DNA of 11,260 bases from positions 1 to 11,260 of the forward strand of contig CAVZSV010000002.1 in NCBI GenBank assembly GCA_963778115.1, given 5' to 3'. Source of the DNA: an uncultured delta proteobacterium. Its GTDB lineage: Bacteria; Bdellovibrionota; FAC87; UBA2466. A model generated the notes under the pieces. The model made no database searches, was not told the DNA's origin, and saw only the letters and a list, made by a program, of their open reading frames with translations. The first letter of the stretch is position 1. Each line of letters begins with the position of its first letter. Of the stretch, positions 1 to 7,131 are shown in pieces. Made by a program: the position numbers and the translations under genes.

Positions 1-569
1 ACTCGTTCGATCGTGAGTTCGGTTAGGTAAGCATCTGCCACCGGGAAGTAGCTAATGTGCCAACGTTCGGGGCTCACGCCGCCACGATCCCTGTGGTAAG
101 GGCGATAGAAATTAAACCTCGCCAGATTTTCATCGAGCCACGCGTGGAAAGGGCCAAATATTCCTTGGGGAGCCACTTCCTCGGGAGTGAGCTGGACTTG
201 GTAGCCTGCGGGAAGTGCGTTGCCGTCAAAAACATCAATGTCAGTTCCCCAATGATGGCGGCTCGCTCCCGGAAGGGCCGACCAGCGCAAGATGCTAAAG
301 ACGACTTGTTCGGGTGTTAGTCGCTTAAAGTCGAGAACCTTTCCTTGATCATCGAGCAAAGGGCGTTCACCCCGTGCTTTGCGATTCCAGATAGCCAATT
401 GGGAGTCGAAGTCTCGAAAGCTACTTGCCACCTGCAAATCGAAACCAGCTTTTTTCGCTTCGGTCCAAAGCGCTTTAAGACCTTGCTTAACCGCGGAATT
501 TATCCGAGCCGCGGGCTCCGTCGTCGGGATGATATGGTCTTTAGATTGGCCAGTAAGCAGTGAGGACAT
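1..569 (-). CDS. M15 family (VanY-like) zinc D-alanyl-D-alanine carboxypeptidase, 3'-truncated by the window edge
   Basis: Manual translation from the ATG at 569 gives MSSLLTGQSKDH...QVASSFRDFDSQLAIWNRKARGERPLLDDQG...SILRWSALPGASRHHWGTDIDVFD...FYRPYHRDRGGVSPERWHISY. It carries the SxHxxGxxxD zinc motif and the ExWH motif of M15B peptidases. There is no stop before position 1, and an in-frame TAG at 581-579 fixes the start. Confidence 0.9.
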   Translation of the reverse strand, partial: MSSLLTGQSKDHIIPTTEPAARINSAVKQGLKALWTEAKKAGFDLQVASSFRDFDSQLAIWNRKARGERPLLDDQGKVLDFKRLTPEQVVFSILRWSALPGASRHHWGTDIDVFDGNALPAGYQVQLTPEEVAPQGIFGPFHAWLDENLARFNFYRPYHRDRGGVSPERWHISYFPVADAYLTELTIER

Positions 570-689
570 GGTTCTATTCTAGAACGAATCTCGTCCTTGC
601 GCGATAAGTATGGCCGACTATTTGATTCTCGTCGTTAGGGTTGAAAAAACGGGTCTGTTGATACAGGATACGGCGTTCTCAAAAGAATT

Positions 690-695
690 AAGGAG
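690..695 (+). promoter_or_regulatory. Shine-Dalgarno site AAGGAG for the phosphatase gene
   Basis: AAGGAG lies 5 nt upstream of the GTG at 701. Confidence 0.75.
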
Positions 696-700
696 TCATT

Positions 701-1873
701 GTGTTCAAGCACCCTCTCCGTTCGGGTTCGATCCTTCGGATATTATTAGCGGTTTCTATCGTTCTTACGATTTCACTGCCTTCGACGGCGGTTACCCCCC
801 AACTTCTTAAAGAGCGTCCCAAACTTATTCTTACGATTGTTATCGACCAATTTCGAGGGGACTACCTTACTCGATTCAATAGTCGATTTCTGCCTGCGGT
901 GAAATCCGACGGGACCGTCGGGGGATTTAATTACTTGATGACTCGCGGGGCCTATTTTCCCTACGGTGAATTCGAAATGTTACAGGACATGACAGGCCCC
1001 GGCCATGCAACCATTCTCACCGGATCTTATCCGTATCAAGCGGGGATTCCTCTTAATAACTGGTACGACAAAGCTACGGGCGAGGGAGTCTACTGTACCG
1101 AGGATCCGGGCGTTGCCGTGATTGGAAGAAATCCCGAGGACAAGCATTTTGGCACCTCTCCGAAAAACCTCATTGCTACCACCGTGGGCGATGAATTTAA
1201 AAACGCCGGACTTCCGTCTAAGGTCGTCTCGATCTCTTTGAAAGATAGAGCCGCAATTTTGATGGGGGGGCACCGAGCGGATGTGGTGATGTGGTTTGAT
1301 ACGAAAGCGACCCAATGGGTCTCGAGTAAATACTACTTTCCCTCGGGCAGGCTTCCCAACTGGATCGATGTCCTCAACGGCGAAATACTGGGACGGACGG
1401 GAAAGGTAGTCGAATGGAATGTCACCGGAAAACCCACGGGCCTTTCTACCGATAACAATCTACTTCGAGATGAAGCTATCCATTTGGGCAAGTTCGGAAA
1501 GAGTTTTCCTCACCGGGTGGAATTAGGAACCAAGCGATCGTTAGGAACTCCAGTGGGCCTGGATATCACCAATGCCGCTGTGGAAAAGGCGATTGACGAG
1601 TATCATCTGGGGAAAGGGAAGGGGACTGATCTGTTGGCCGTTAGCTATTCGAGCCACGATTATCTAGGACACGCCTTTGGCCCTAATAGCCTAGAGATGG
1701 AAGAGATGACCGTCGCTGAAGATCGCAGCCTTTCTCGGATTTTGAATTATATAAAACGCAAAGTGCCGGGGGGACTGGCGGGAGTTGTTGTGGTTTTAAC
1801 GGGAGATCACGGAATTCCGCCGAACCCCGATTCTAGCCAAATCGAAAGGAATCGATGCGGGTCGAATCGATGA
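701..1873 (+). CDS. Alkaline phosphatase family protein (PafA-like), N-terminal fragment
   Basis: It has a signal peptide, IVIDQFRGDYL, TGPGHATILTG (Thr nucleophile), SLKDRAAIL, SHDYLGHAFGPNS and TGDHG. The last ~13 residues are out-of-frame read-through. Confidence 0.85.
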   Translation: MFKHPLRSGSILRILLAVSIVLTISLPSTAVTPQLLKERPKLILTIVIDQFRGDYLTRFNSRFLPAVKSDGTVGGFNYLMTRGAYFPYGEFEMLQDMTGPGHATILTGSYPYQAGIPLNNWYDKATGEGVYCTEDPGVAVIGRNPEDKHFGTSPKNLIATTVGDEFKNAGLPSKVVSISLKDRAAILMGGHRADVVMWFDTKATQWVSSKYYFPSGRLPNWIDVLNGEILGRTGKVVEWNVTGKPTGLSTDNNLLRDEAIHLGKFGKSFPHRVELGTKRSLGTPVGLDITNAAVEKAIDEYHLGKGKGTDLLAVSYSSHDYLGHAFGPNSLEMEEMTVAEDRSLSRILNYIKRKVPGGLAGVVVVLTGDHGIPPNPDSSQIERNRCGSNR

Positions 1874-1904
1874 AACAGCCCTACTCAGCGAACTAGAGAC
1901 TTCA

Positions 1905-2408
1905 ATGGTGGCGAGACTGGGAGCCCCCAAAGAGGGGCATTGGATTGCGCGTCTTACGGAAATGAACGCTTGGCTGAATGACAAAGCATTCAAAGACTCC
2001 AACGAAGAGCAAGAGGTTAGAGCCCTGGAGGCCTTAAAAGCCGCCTTTCAAGAAAAGCTTCCAGGGTTAGCCTTTGTTTTCAGTAAACATGACGTGAAAA
2101 CGCGACAGATTCCACCGGGAATGTTGGAGCAGCAGATATTGCACACCTATTATCCGGGTAAAAGCGGCGATGTCGTGGTTATCTTAAAGCCGTATTTTAT
2201 GTCGGGCGATGACACGGTCATGCACATGACAGGCTATGCTTACGATAGAACGGTTCCCATTATCATAACGGGAGCTCATATCCAGGCTGGAGTTTACGCG
2301 ACACCGGCGCATGTCGTCGATATTGCGCCGACGCTTACGTTTTTGGCGGGTACTGTTGCTCCGAGTTTGTCAGAAGGAAAGGTACTAGCGGAAATTCTCA
2401 AAAAGTAG
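1905..2408 (+). CDS. Alkaline phosphatase family protein, C-terminal fragment (homology begins near 1833)
   Basis: SGDVVVILKPY, MHMTGYAYDRTVPIIITG (containing the last Zn-ligand His) and VDIAPTLTFLAG are typical of the PafA C-terminus. Confidence 0.8.
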   Translation: MVARLGAPKEGHWIARLTEMNAWLNDKAFKDSNEEQEVRALEALKAAFQEKLPGLAFVFSKHDVKTRQIPPGMLEQQILHTYYPGKSGDVVVILKPYFMSGDDTVMHMTGYAYDRTVPIIITGAHIQAGVYATPAHVVDIAPTLTFLAGTVAPSLSEGKVLAEILKK

Positions 2409-2423
2409 GCGTTAGCGACTCTC

Positions 2424-3725
2424 TTACGGGGTGCGAGGGGGTGGCTTAAAATACTGTTCGAAGAATTCTCTAGCCAAGAATGAGGATTTCACTTTCCAAG
2501 TCTCTTCGTTGATCGTTAGAGCACTGACGGCAATCTTTTTGCCGTCGCTGGATTTGGCATATCCAATAAACCAATCGTATTTCCCCTTGGGATCGAGACC
2601 GGTCATAGAACCTGTTTTCCCGCCGATCTCTAGCCCTTCGTATTTTCTGTTTTTGAGCAAAGTTCGGAAAGACTTACGCGACGTTCCACTTTCCACGGTT
2701 TCTTGCATTAACTGTCTTAACTCGGCCGCAGTCTCAGGCGTCATGGTGACAGCGGCTACCTGTTTAGTTGCCGCAAGCGTCATGGGCTGTCCTACAGGAT
2801 TGATGGAATCGACGATATACGGCGACATCATGACACCATCATTGACCACGGAAGCCGCCATCATGACGGCCTGAAGAGGGCTTAGCGTCACGACTCGATT
2901 GAAACCGGAAGCGGCCTCCGCAATTCCCCAGTCGCCTTTGTCTGGAATAAGAAATTGGCCCGGCTGAATGGGAAGATCGGAAGCAATAAAGCGATTAAAT
3001 TGAAAGCGATGGGCATAATCCTCAAGCTCTTGGCCCTTTAGTTTATAGAGTCCTAATTTTGCAAAGACCGTATTTACCGATTTGGCGAAGGCCTCTTTCA
3101 AAGTCATCGTTCGGGTCCACCGGTTGGAGCTCGAATCGGTGACGTTTCGCCGGTAAAGCGTGTGATTGGCTCCGTTAAAGGTGATCTCGGTTTCTGGCGT
3201 GACACTTCTTCCTTCAAGAGCAGCAGTTGCAGTGACAATCTTAAAAAGAGAGGCCGCGGGAAAAGACGATCTCAACGCCAGATTGCCTAAACTTGAAGGT
3301 TGGGCCGTGTAACTGCACAGCGAAAGGATTCGACCGGTATCCGCTTCCAAAGCAACAAATGCCCCATAGTCGGGCTTATAGATCTTAAGAAGTTTTTCCA
3401 TCGCTTCCTGAGATTTGGTCTGAATGGTGTAGTTAACATGGACGGATCCTAAGTGGCCCTCCAAGGACAGAGGCAAATGATCAGGAAATTTTCCTTCTTG
3501 AAGCGGCTCAGCCAGGGCGGCCGAGAGTGAGGGGCGAAAAGCGTTGGGAGTTACGGTGGGCTTTTTGACATTCGCGGGCTCCCACCGAATCACGACAACG
3601 GCCACTAAACAAAAGAAGACCGTTCCTGCGGCAAATACACCTCGCCGTTTGCGCGGGATGATGACTTTTAGCGACTCAAAGATTTTTGACGTCGAAATTT
3701 CTTTTTTGTTAACGCCTTGCAACAC
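2424..3725 (-). CDS. Penicillin-binding protein, transpeptidase domain with an N-terminal membrane anchor
   Basis: SxxK (AASLFK), SxN (KSVN) and KTG (GGKTG) motifs are present, plus DWFIGYA. A basic patch is followed by a hydrophobic segment (VFAAGTVFFCLVAVVVI). The start (GTG 3725 or TTG 3722) is uncertain. Confidence 0.92.
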   Translation of the reverse strand: MLQGVNKKEISTSKIFESLKVIIPRKRRGVFAAGTVFFCLVAVVVIRWEPANVKKPTVTPNAFRPSLSAALAEPLQEGKFPDHLPLSLEGHLGSVHVNYTIQTKSQEAMEKLLKIYKPDYGAFVALEADTGRILSLCSYTAQPSSLGNLALRSSFPAASLFKIVTATAALEGRSVTPETEITFNGANHTLYRRNVTDSSSNRWTRTMTLKEAFAKSVNTVFAKLGLYKLKGQELEDYAHRFQFNRFIASDLPIQPGQFLIPDKGDWGIAEAASGFNRVVTLSPLQAVMMAASVVNDGVMMSPYIVDSINPVGQPMTLAATKQVAAVTMTPETAAELRQLMQETVESGTSRKSFRTLLKNRKYEGLEIGGKTGSMTGLDPKGKYDWFIGYAKSSDGKKIAVSALTINEETWKVKSSFLAREFFEQYFKPPPRTP

Positions 3726-3729
3726 TCAT

Positions 3730-3738
3730 ATTTTATCA
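3730..3738 (-). promoter_or_regulatory. Extended -10 element TG-A-TAAAAT upstream of the PBP gene
   Basis: The minus strand reads TGATAAAAT at 3738-3730, with a -35-like TCGCAA 17 nt upstream of the hexamer (3758-3753). Confidence 0.5.
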
Positions 3739-3792
3739 CTCACTCGACGTTATTGCGAGCGGCGCTGGCAAAAAGAAAAAATCCCGTGGTGT

Positions 3793-5817
3793 TTAAATCG
3801 CCTTTGCCTCTACCTCAGGCCCGCACCCCTCTGGTTTGGGAATGAAATCGTGGGGCCCAGGACTATAGCTTTCAGCAGCCCCAATCAGCGGGTCGATATA
3901 ACTCTCGGCCGAAAAGCGTTTCCGCGAAAAAGTTTCAGCGGGTTGGGGAAACGGCTGAACCGAACCCTTTCGAAACAGACCTTCCAGTATTGGTCCTAAA
4001 GTGCGTTGGTTCATTAGAGAACGTCGCCCCGAACTTCGCTCGAAACGGTCCAAAAGCTCATTATGGATCATCGCTGCTGAAAAGGAGGCCTGGTTATATC
4101 CAATATAGCGCACTTCTCCTCCAAAAAAATGGTCCGTCGAAAAGGAGTTGTATCCCGCATGGCGTAACCCCTTTGTCGGAGGGATCAAAAGGCCTTCGGT
4201 CATAGAGTCGTCATAAATCTTTATCGCGCGATCGACATAAGCGTCACTGTTTTCGGTGTAAGTATAATTCCAGATTTTGAGATCGATAAGCGCAAGAGTT
4301 AACTGTCGCCGCAGCTCCATCAGTTTATTGATCTTTTGGTTAGATATAAAAGCCTCGATCAAAGATTGTGGCAGCGGACCTATGCCGGAATGGAGCGAGG
4401 CGCGGTAAAGAAACTCGGGCTCCTCCATGAAATATTCCATTAATGTCGACGGCGTTTCCGCCCACCCATTGGAGGGCTCCAGTTCGAAGGGATTTTCCTC
4501 TTCGCTATACGCGATGCCATGCCCCCCCTCGTGAAGGGCCACCTTGTAAGGATAGGGACCGCGAGCCCTGAAATTTTGGACGATAAAGATGCTGGCTGGA
4601 AGCATTTCTCGGTCTGAGGGCTCGGGAACCGCTAAGGTTCTGGCATCCACTAAGAGTATTTCGGGTCGTCGATTTAGCGCATTCTCCATGTACGCGTGCG
4701 TGTGCTTTAGCCGACGGGGCCACTCGTCCCAGCAGATCGCATCTACCCTCTTGGGGTCGAAGCCGCTTTCCAACATGACTTCGCGCCAAAGCGGCAGTGC
4801 TCTTTCCATAGGAAGATAATCGCGGACAATGGCGTCATCGGGGAGCCCCAATAAAGCATATTGGCTCCGGCGCAGATGGGATAGGCTCATACCAGGAAGG
4901 GTAGCGATTCGCTTTTCTAGAAACCTTCGATAAGCCCCTTCTATCTTCTGAAGGATTTCGTTTAAAAATTTGATACGACTCGCAACGGTATTAAAAGGAT
5001 CGCCGTGATTGACTGACTGAATAGCAACTCGGTACTGCGCCCAATTATCATAGTGCTTGGATTGGGCGAGCTTTGTCCGCAGAATTGCCGTTTCGCGAAA
5101 AAGGGCTCTCCCTCGGGTTGCGATATCCTCTCCCATGGCTCTAAATGACATCGGCTCGAGGGCTTCGAGTCTCCTCCAGGCTTCTTCAAAAGAGATCTGT
5201 TTAGAGTAATACAGCTGCTTGATCTGGATGACAGAGTCTTCGTACTGGGCCAGGTGAGCGGCGACCGGTGAACTGTTCTTAATATCATTGATCTCGATGG
5301 TAAGCGTGGTAAGTCTTTTTTGGATAGGCAACGTTGAAGCGTCGAATTGCCCCAGTTCCATCTCCTTCCACATTCTTCGCGCTATTTCGGGAAGTTCCCC
5401 CTCCAGGACACTTGCCAAACCGGCAAACTGCTTAATCTTTGTCTTCCATTCGTTCGAGGAGAGAATTTCGTTCTTTCTTACTTCGGCGGCGGCCTTACCG
5501 TCCTTCCAGCTCTGATGTTCGGCTTCGTCGTTATAAAGGGCTCGGTCTGTCGCCACGTTAAAAAGACGGGCTTGGGCTTCTAAGCCTTGGAGCTCCGAGA
5601 TTACTGGCCAAACTTCACTCATGAAATAGCTTACAAAGAGCTGGTGTTCGATGGGGGCGCCGAGCAGATTGGACGCCATGGCGCGGCGGTTTCTGATTCC
5701 CTCGATAAGCTTCATCATTTTAGCCCGCTCGCCTTCTCTGTCGAAAGCCTTGGCGTCTTCGATAGCCACCGTTGAGAATAAGATTCCCCAAGCTAGAAAT
5801 GCCGCCAGAATTCGCAT
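3793..5817 (-). CDS. M3 family zinc metallo-oligopeptidase with a predicted signal peptide
   Basis: HExxH (LHEGGH) is followed by AETPSTLME (third Zn ligand). WDEWPRRLKHTHAY resembles the M3 D-x-x-PR-x-x-K motif, and the C-terminal HFFGGEVRYIGY fits the family. The hydrophobic N-terminus ends in AKA. An SD (AGGAG) lies at 5829-5825. Confidence 0.85.
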   Translation of the reverse strand: MRILAAFLAWGILFSTVAIEDAKAFDREGERAKMMKLIEGIRNRRAMASNLLGAPIEHQLFVSYFMSEVWPVISELQGLEAQARLFNVATDRALYNDEAEHQSWKDGKAAAEVRKNEILSSNEWKTKIKQFAGLASVLEGELPEIARRMWKEMELGQFDASTLPIQKRLTTLTIEINDIKNSSPVAAHLAQYEDSVIQIKQLYYSKQISFEEAWRRLEALEPMSFRAMGEDIATRGRALFRETAILRTKLAQSKHYDNWAQYRVAIQSVNHGDPFNTVASRIKFLNEILQKIEGAYRRFLEKRIATLPGMSLSHLRRSQYALLGLPDDAIVRDYLPMERALPLWREVMLESGFDPKRVDAICWDEWPRRLKHTHAYMENALNRRPEILLVDARTLAVPEPSDREMLPASIFIVQNFRARGPYPYKVALHEGGHGIAYSEEENPFELEPSNGWAETPSTLMEYFMEEPEFLYRASLHSGIGPLPQSLIEAFISNQKINKLMELRRQLTLALIDLKIWNYTYTENSDAYVDRAIKIYDDSMTEGLLIPPTKGLRHAGYNSFSTDHFFGGEVRYIGYNQASFSAAMIHNELLDRFERSSGRRSLMNQRTLGPILEGLFRKGSVQPFPQPAETFSRKRFSAESYIDPLIGAAESYSPGPHDFIPKPEGCGPEVEAKAI

Positions 5818-5850
5818 ACCTTAACTCCTATAAAATGTCCGAATGATGTC

Positions 5851-5880
5851 ACTATGCGTCACCGCTGAAAAGCCTGTCAA
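5851..5880 (-). promoter_or_regulatory. Putative sigma70 promoter for the M3 peptidase gene (TTGACA-N18-CATAGT)
   Basis: A perfect -35 TTGACA lies at 5880-5875 and CATAGT at 5856-5851, upstream of the SD. Confidence 0.5.
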
Positions 5881-6851
5881 TGCTTGAGTTTCGGCCGTTT
5901 TATGCCGATGACGAGAGTGCCGTGCGTACCTCCCCATCCATGGACCCCCGTAGGAACAAAAAGGCCTTTCCCCTTATGGAGCCAAGCTTCGCCCGCTGGA
6001 TGATACGGGTCCTTATCAACTGGGTAGAAGTGGTAGCCCTTTTTCTAGCGATGGCTTGGCTTCACCATCCCGTCGGCTACGTTCTTGGCGTTATTCTCTT
6101 GGCGACTCGCCAGCACGCCCTTTCGATTATGGCCCATGACGGAGCCCACCGGGCTATCTCAAGAAACCACGCTTTTAATGATCTGGTGACCTGCATCTTT
6201 ACGTTTTGGGCCTTGGGAATAGGTCTCGATGGATATCGAAAATTTCACTTCGAGCATCACGCGAAAGTCGGCACCGAGGCTGATCCGGAATTGATTCACA
6301 AAAGATGGGCTAGACCTGAGTGGGCGCTTCCTCTGACGCGAACGAGACTTTTTTTTTATGTGCTAAAGGATCTGGTCGGCTTTGCGGTAGTGGACATTAT
6401 TAGACTTATCCGGATCGTAAAACCAGTTTCTGTTTTAGATCGCATCGGTCCTGTTCTGTTGTGGCTCCCAGTGCTTGCCGTCATGTACTTCACCCACACG
6501 CTTTGGATAGCGGCCGTGTGGTGGATTTCGGTCAACACCGCCTACTGGGCCATCTTTCGGCTTCGCATCTGGACCGAGCACACGGGGACTAACGATGTTC
6601 ATCGAATTACGGCGAGAGGGTGGCAACGTTTTTTATTTCAACCGCACAATACCTGGTGCCATCACGAACACCACCTCTGGCCCAGTATCCCTTGCTGGAA
6701 TCTCCCTCACGCTAGAAAGCTAGTGTCTCAACCTTCGCCACAGACGATAGGAAGCCTCTTTTCCGATTACGAAAACGCCCCTTCCATGCCTTACGGCTTG
6801 CCTTCATCCACGACTAATTCCAAATCGAAGCCTTTCCGCCAGGTTGGCTAG
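5880..6851 (+). CDS. Membrane-bound fatty acid desaturase superfamily protein (RtxC/rhizobitoxine-desaturase-like)
   Basis: There are three His boxes (HDGAH, HFEHH, HHEHH) and several hydrophobic segments. The true start may be ATG 5940 or 5976, because ATG 5880 has no SD and overlaps the -35 of the divergent promoter. Confidence 0.9.
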   Translation: MLEFRPFYADDESAVRTSPSMDPRRNKKAFPLMEPSFARWMIRVLINWVEVVALFLAMAWLHHPVGYVLGVILLATRQHALSIMAHDGAHRAISRNHAFNDLVTCIFTFWALGIGLDGYRKFHFEHHAKVGTEADPELIHKRWARPEWALPLTRTRLFFYVLKDLVGFAVVDIIRLIRIVKPVSVLDRIGPVLLWLPVLAVMYFTHTLWIAAVWWISVNTAYWAIFRLRIWTEHTGTNDVHRITARGWQRFLFQPHNTWCHHEHHLWPSIPCWNLPHARKLVSQPSPQTIGSLFSDYENAPSMPYGLPSSTTNSKSKPFRQVG

Positions 6852-6876
6852 ACCTTTCGCCCAGAAAGGTCTCTTT
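6850..6876 (+). terminator. Probable intrinsic terminator after the desaturase gene
   Basis: AGACCTTTC-GCCCA-GAAAGGTCT forms a 9-bp perfect stem (6850-6872) at the stop codon. It is followed only by CTTT, a weak U tract. Confidence 0.5.
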
Positions 6877-6926
6877 AGGATTAATCCTAAGATTATCCCT
6901 AAGACTAACGATAAAACTAACCCAAA
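6875..6926. repeat. 16-bp perfect palindrome overlapping four degenerate 12-bp tandem repeats
   Basis: TTAGGATTAATCCTAA (6875-6890) is self-complementary. The units GATTAATCCTAA / GATTATCCCTAA / GACTAACGATAA / AACTAACCCAAA start at 6879, 6891, 6903 and 6915. Confidence 0.6.
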
Positions 6927-6959
6927 ACGTTATCTTCGAAGCTAATCGCTAAACCAAAC

Positions 6960-7014
6960 TGTCCAAGACTTTGACAGCTGTATTGCCACGTTACGTTTTG
7001 TCATCTCGTTGACA
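6960..7014. promoter_or_regulatory. Two dyad sites (TGTCC-N7-TGACA and TGTCA-N6-TGACA), candidate enhancer or activator-binding sites
   Basis: The sites are TGTCCAAGACTTTGACA (6960-6976) and TGTCATCTCGTTGACA (6999-7014, TGT-N10-ACA geometry). Both lie upstream of a -24/-12 motif. Confidence 0.5.
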
Positions 7015-7039
7015 GGCTGGGTGTCCACTGCAAGAAGAC

Positions 7040-7055
7040 GGGCATGCTTCCTGCT
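7040..7055 (+). promoter_or_regulatory. Putative sigma54 (-24/-12) promoter for the GYR-rich protein gene
   Basis: GGGCATGCTTCCTGCT has GG (7041-7042), N10, GC (7053-7054), which is close to the consensus TGGCAC-N5-TTGCW. Confidence 0.6.
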
Positions 7056-7131
7056 ATGTTCCCCGCTCGAGTCAGCACTTCTTCGGGCCTACCGGCCAGA
7101 GGAGTCAGAACTTTAAAACGAGGAATGAACT

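Larger units (their letters stand above)
701..2408 (+). pseudogene. PafA-type alkaline phosphatase (alkaline phosphatase/NPP superfamily) interrupted by a +1 frameshift at about 1815-1835; pseudogene or sequencing error
   Basis: Motifs up to TGDHG are in one frame. The expected continuation (LAKSKGIDAGRIDE...GKSGDVVVILKPY...MHMTGYAYDRTVPIII...VDIAPTL) is in the +1 frame, which is open from 1800 to 2408. Removing one base gives a protein of about 568 aa. Confidence 0.75.

Noticed and set aside
57..582. Plus-strand ORFs 57..320, 345..563 and 379..582
   Set aside because: They are antisense shadows of the motif-bearing M15 peptidase on the minus strand.
611..626. Sigma54-like TGGCCG-N5-TTGAT upstream of the phosphatase gene
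   Set aside because: It has GA instead of the conserved -12 GC.
1849..1872. Direct repeat GAATCGATG (two copies) near the frameshift
   Set aside because: It encodes the G-I-D-A-G-R-I-D stretch of the correct frame. The 15-nt offset is in-frame and cannot account for the shift.
3753..3781. Imperfect hairpin with an A-tract between the M3 and PBP genes
   Set aside because: On the coding minus strand the U-run precedes the weak stem, so it is not a terminator for the M3 gene.
2431..5775. Plus-strand and alternate-frame ORFs overlapping the PBP and M3 genes (e.g. 2431..2874, 3544..3999, 4962..5288)
   Set aside because: They have no recognisable motifs and are explained by overlap with well-supported genes.
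6879..6951. Repeat array read as CRISPR or iterons
   Set aside because: The units are 12 bp, contiguous and degenerate, with no spacers, cas genes or rep gene.
6971..7014. Two perfect TTGACA hexamers read as sigma70 -35 boxes
   Set aside because: There is no good -10 at 16-18 nt spacing. They are better explained as half-sites of the dyads upstream of the sigma54 motif.
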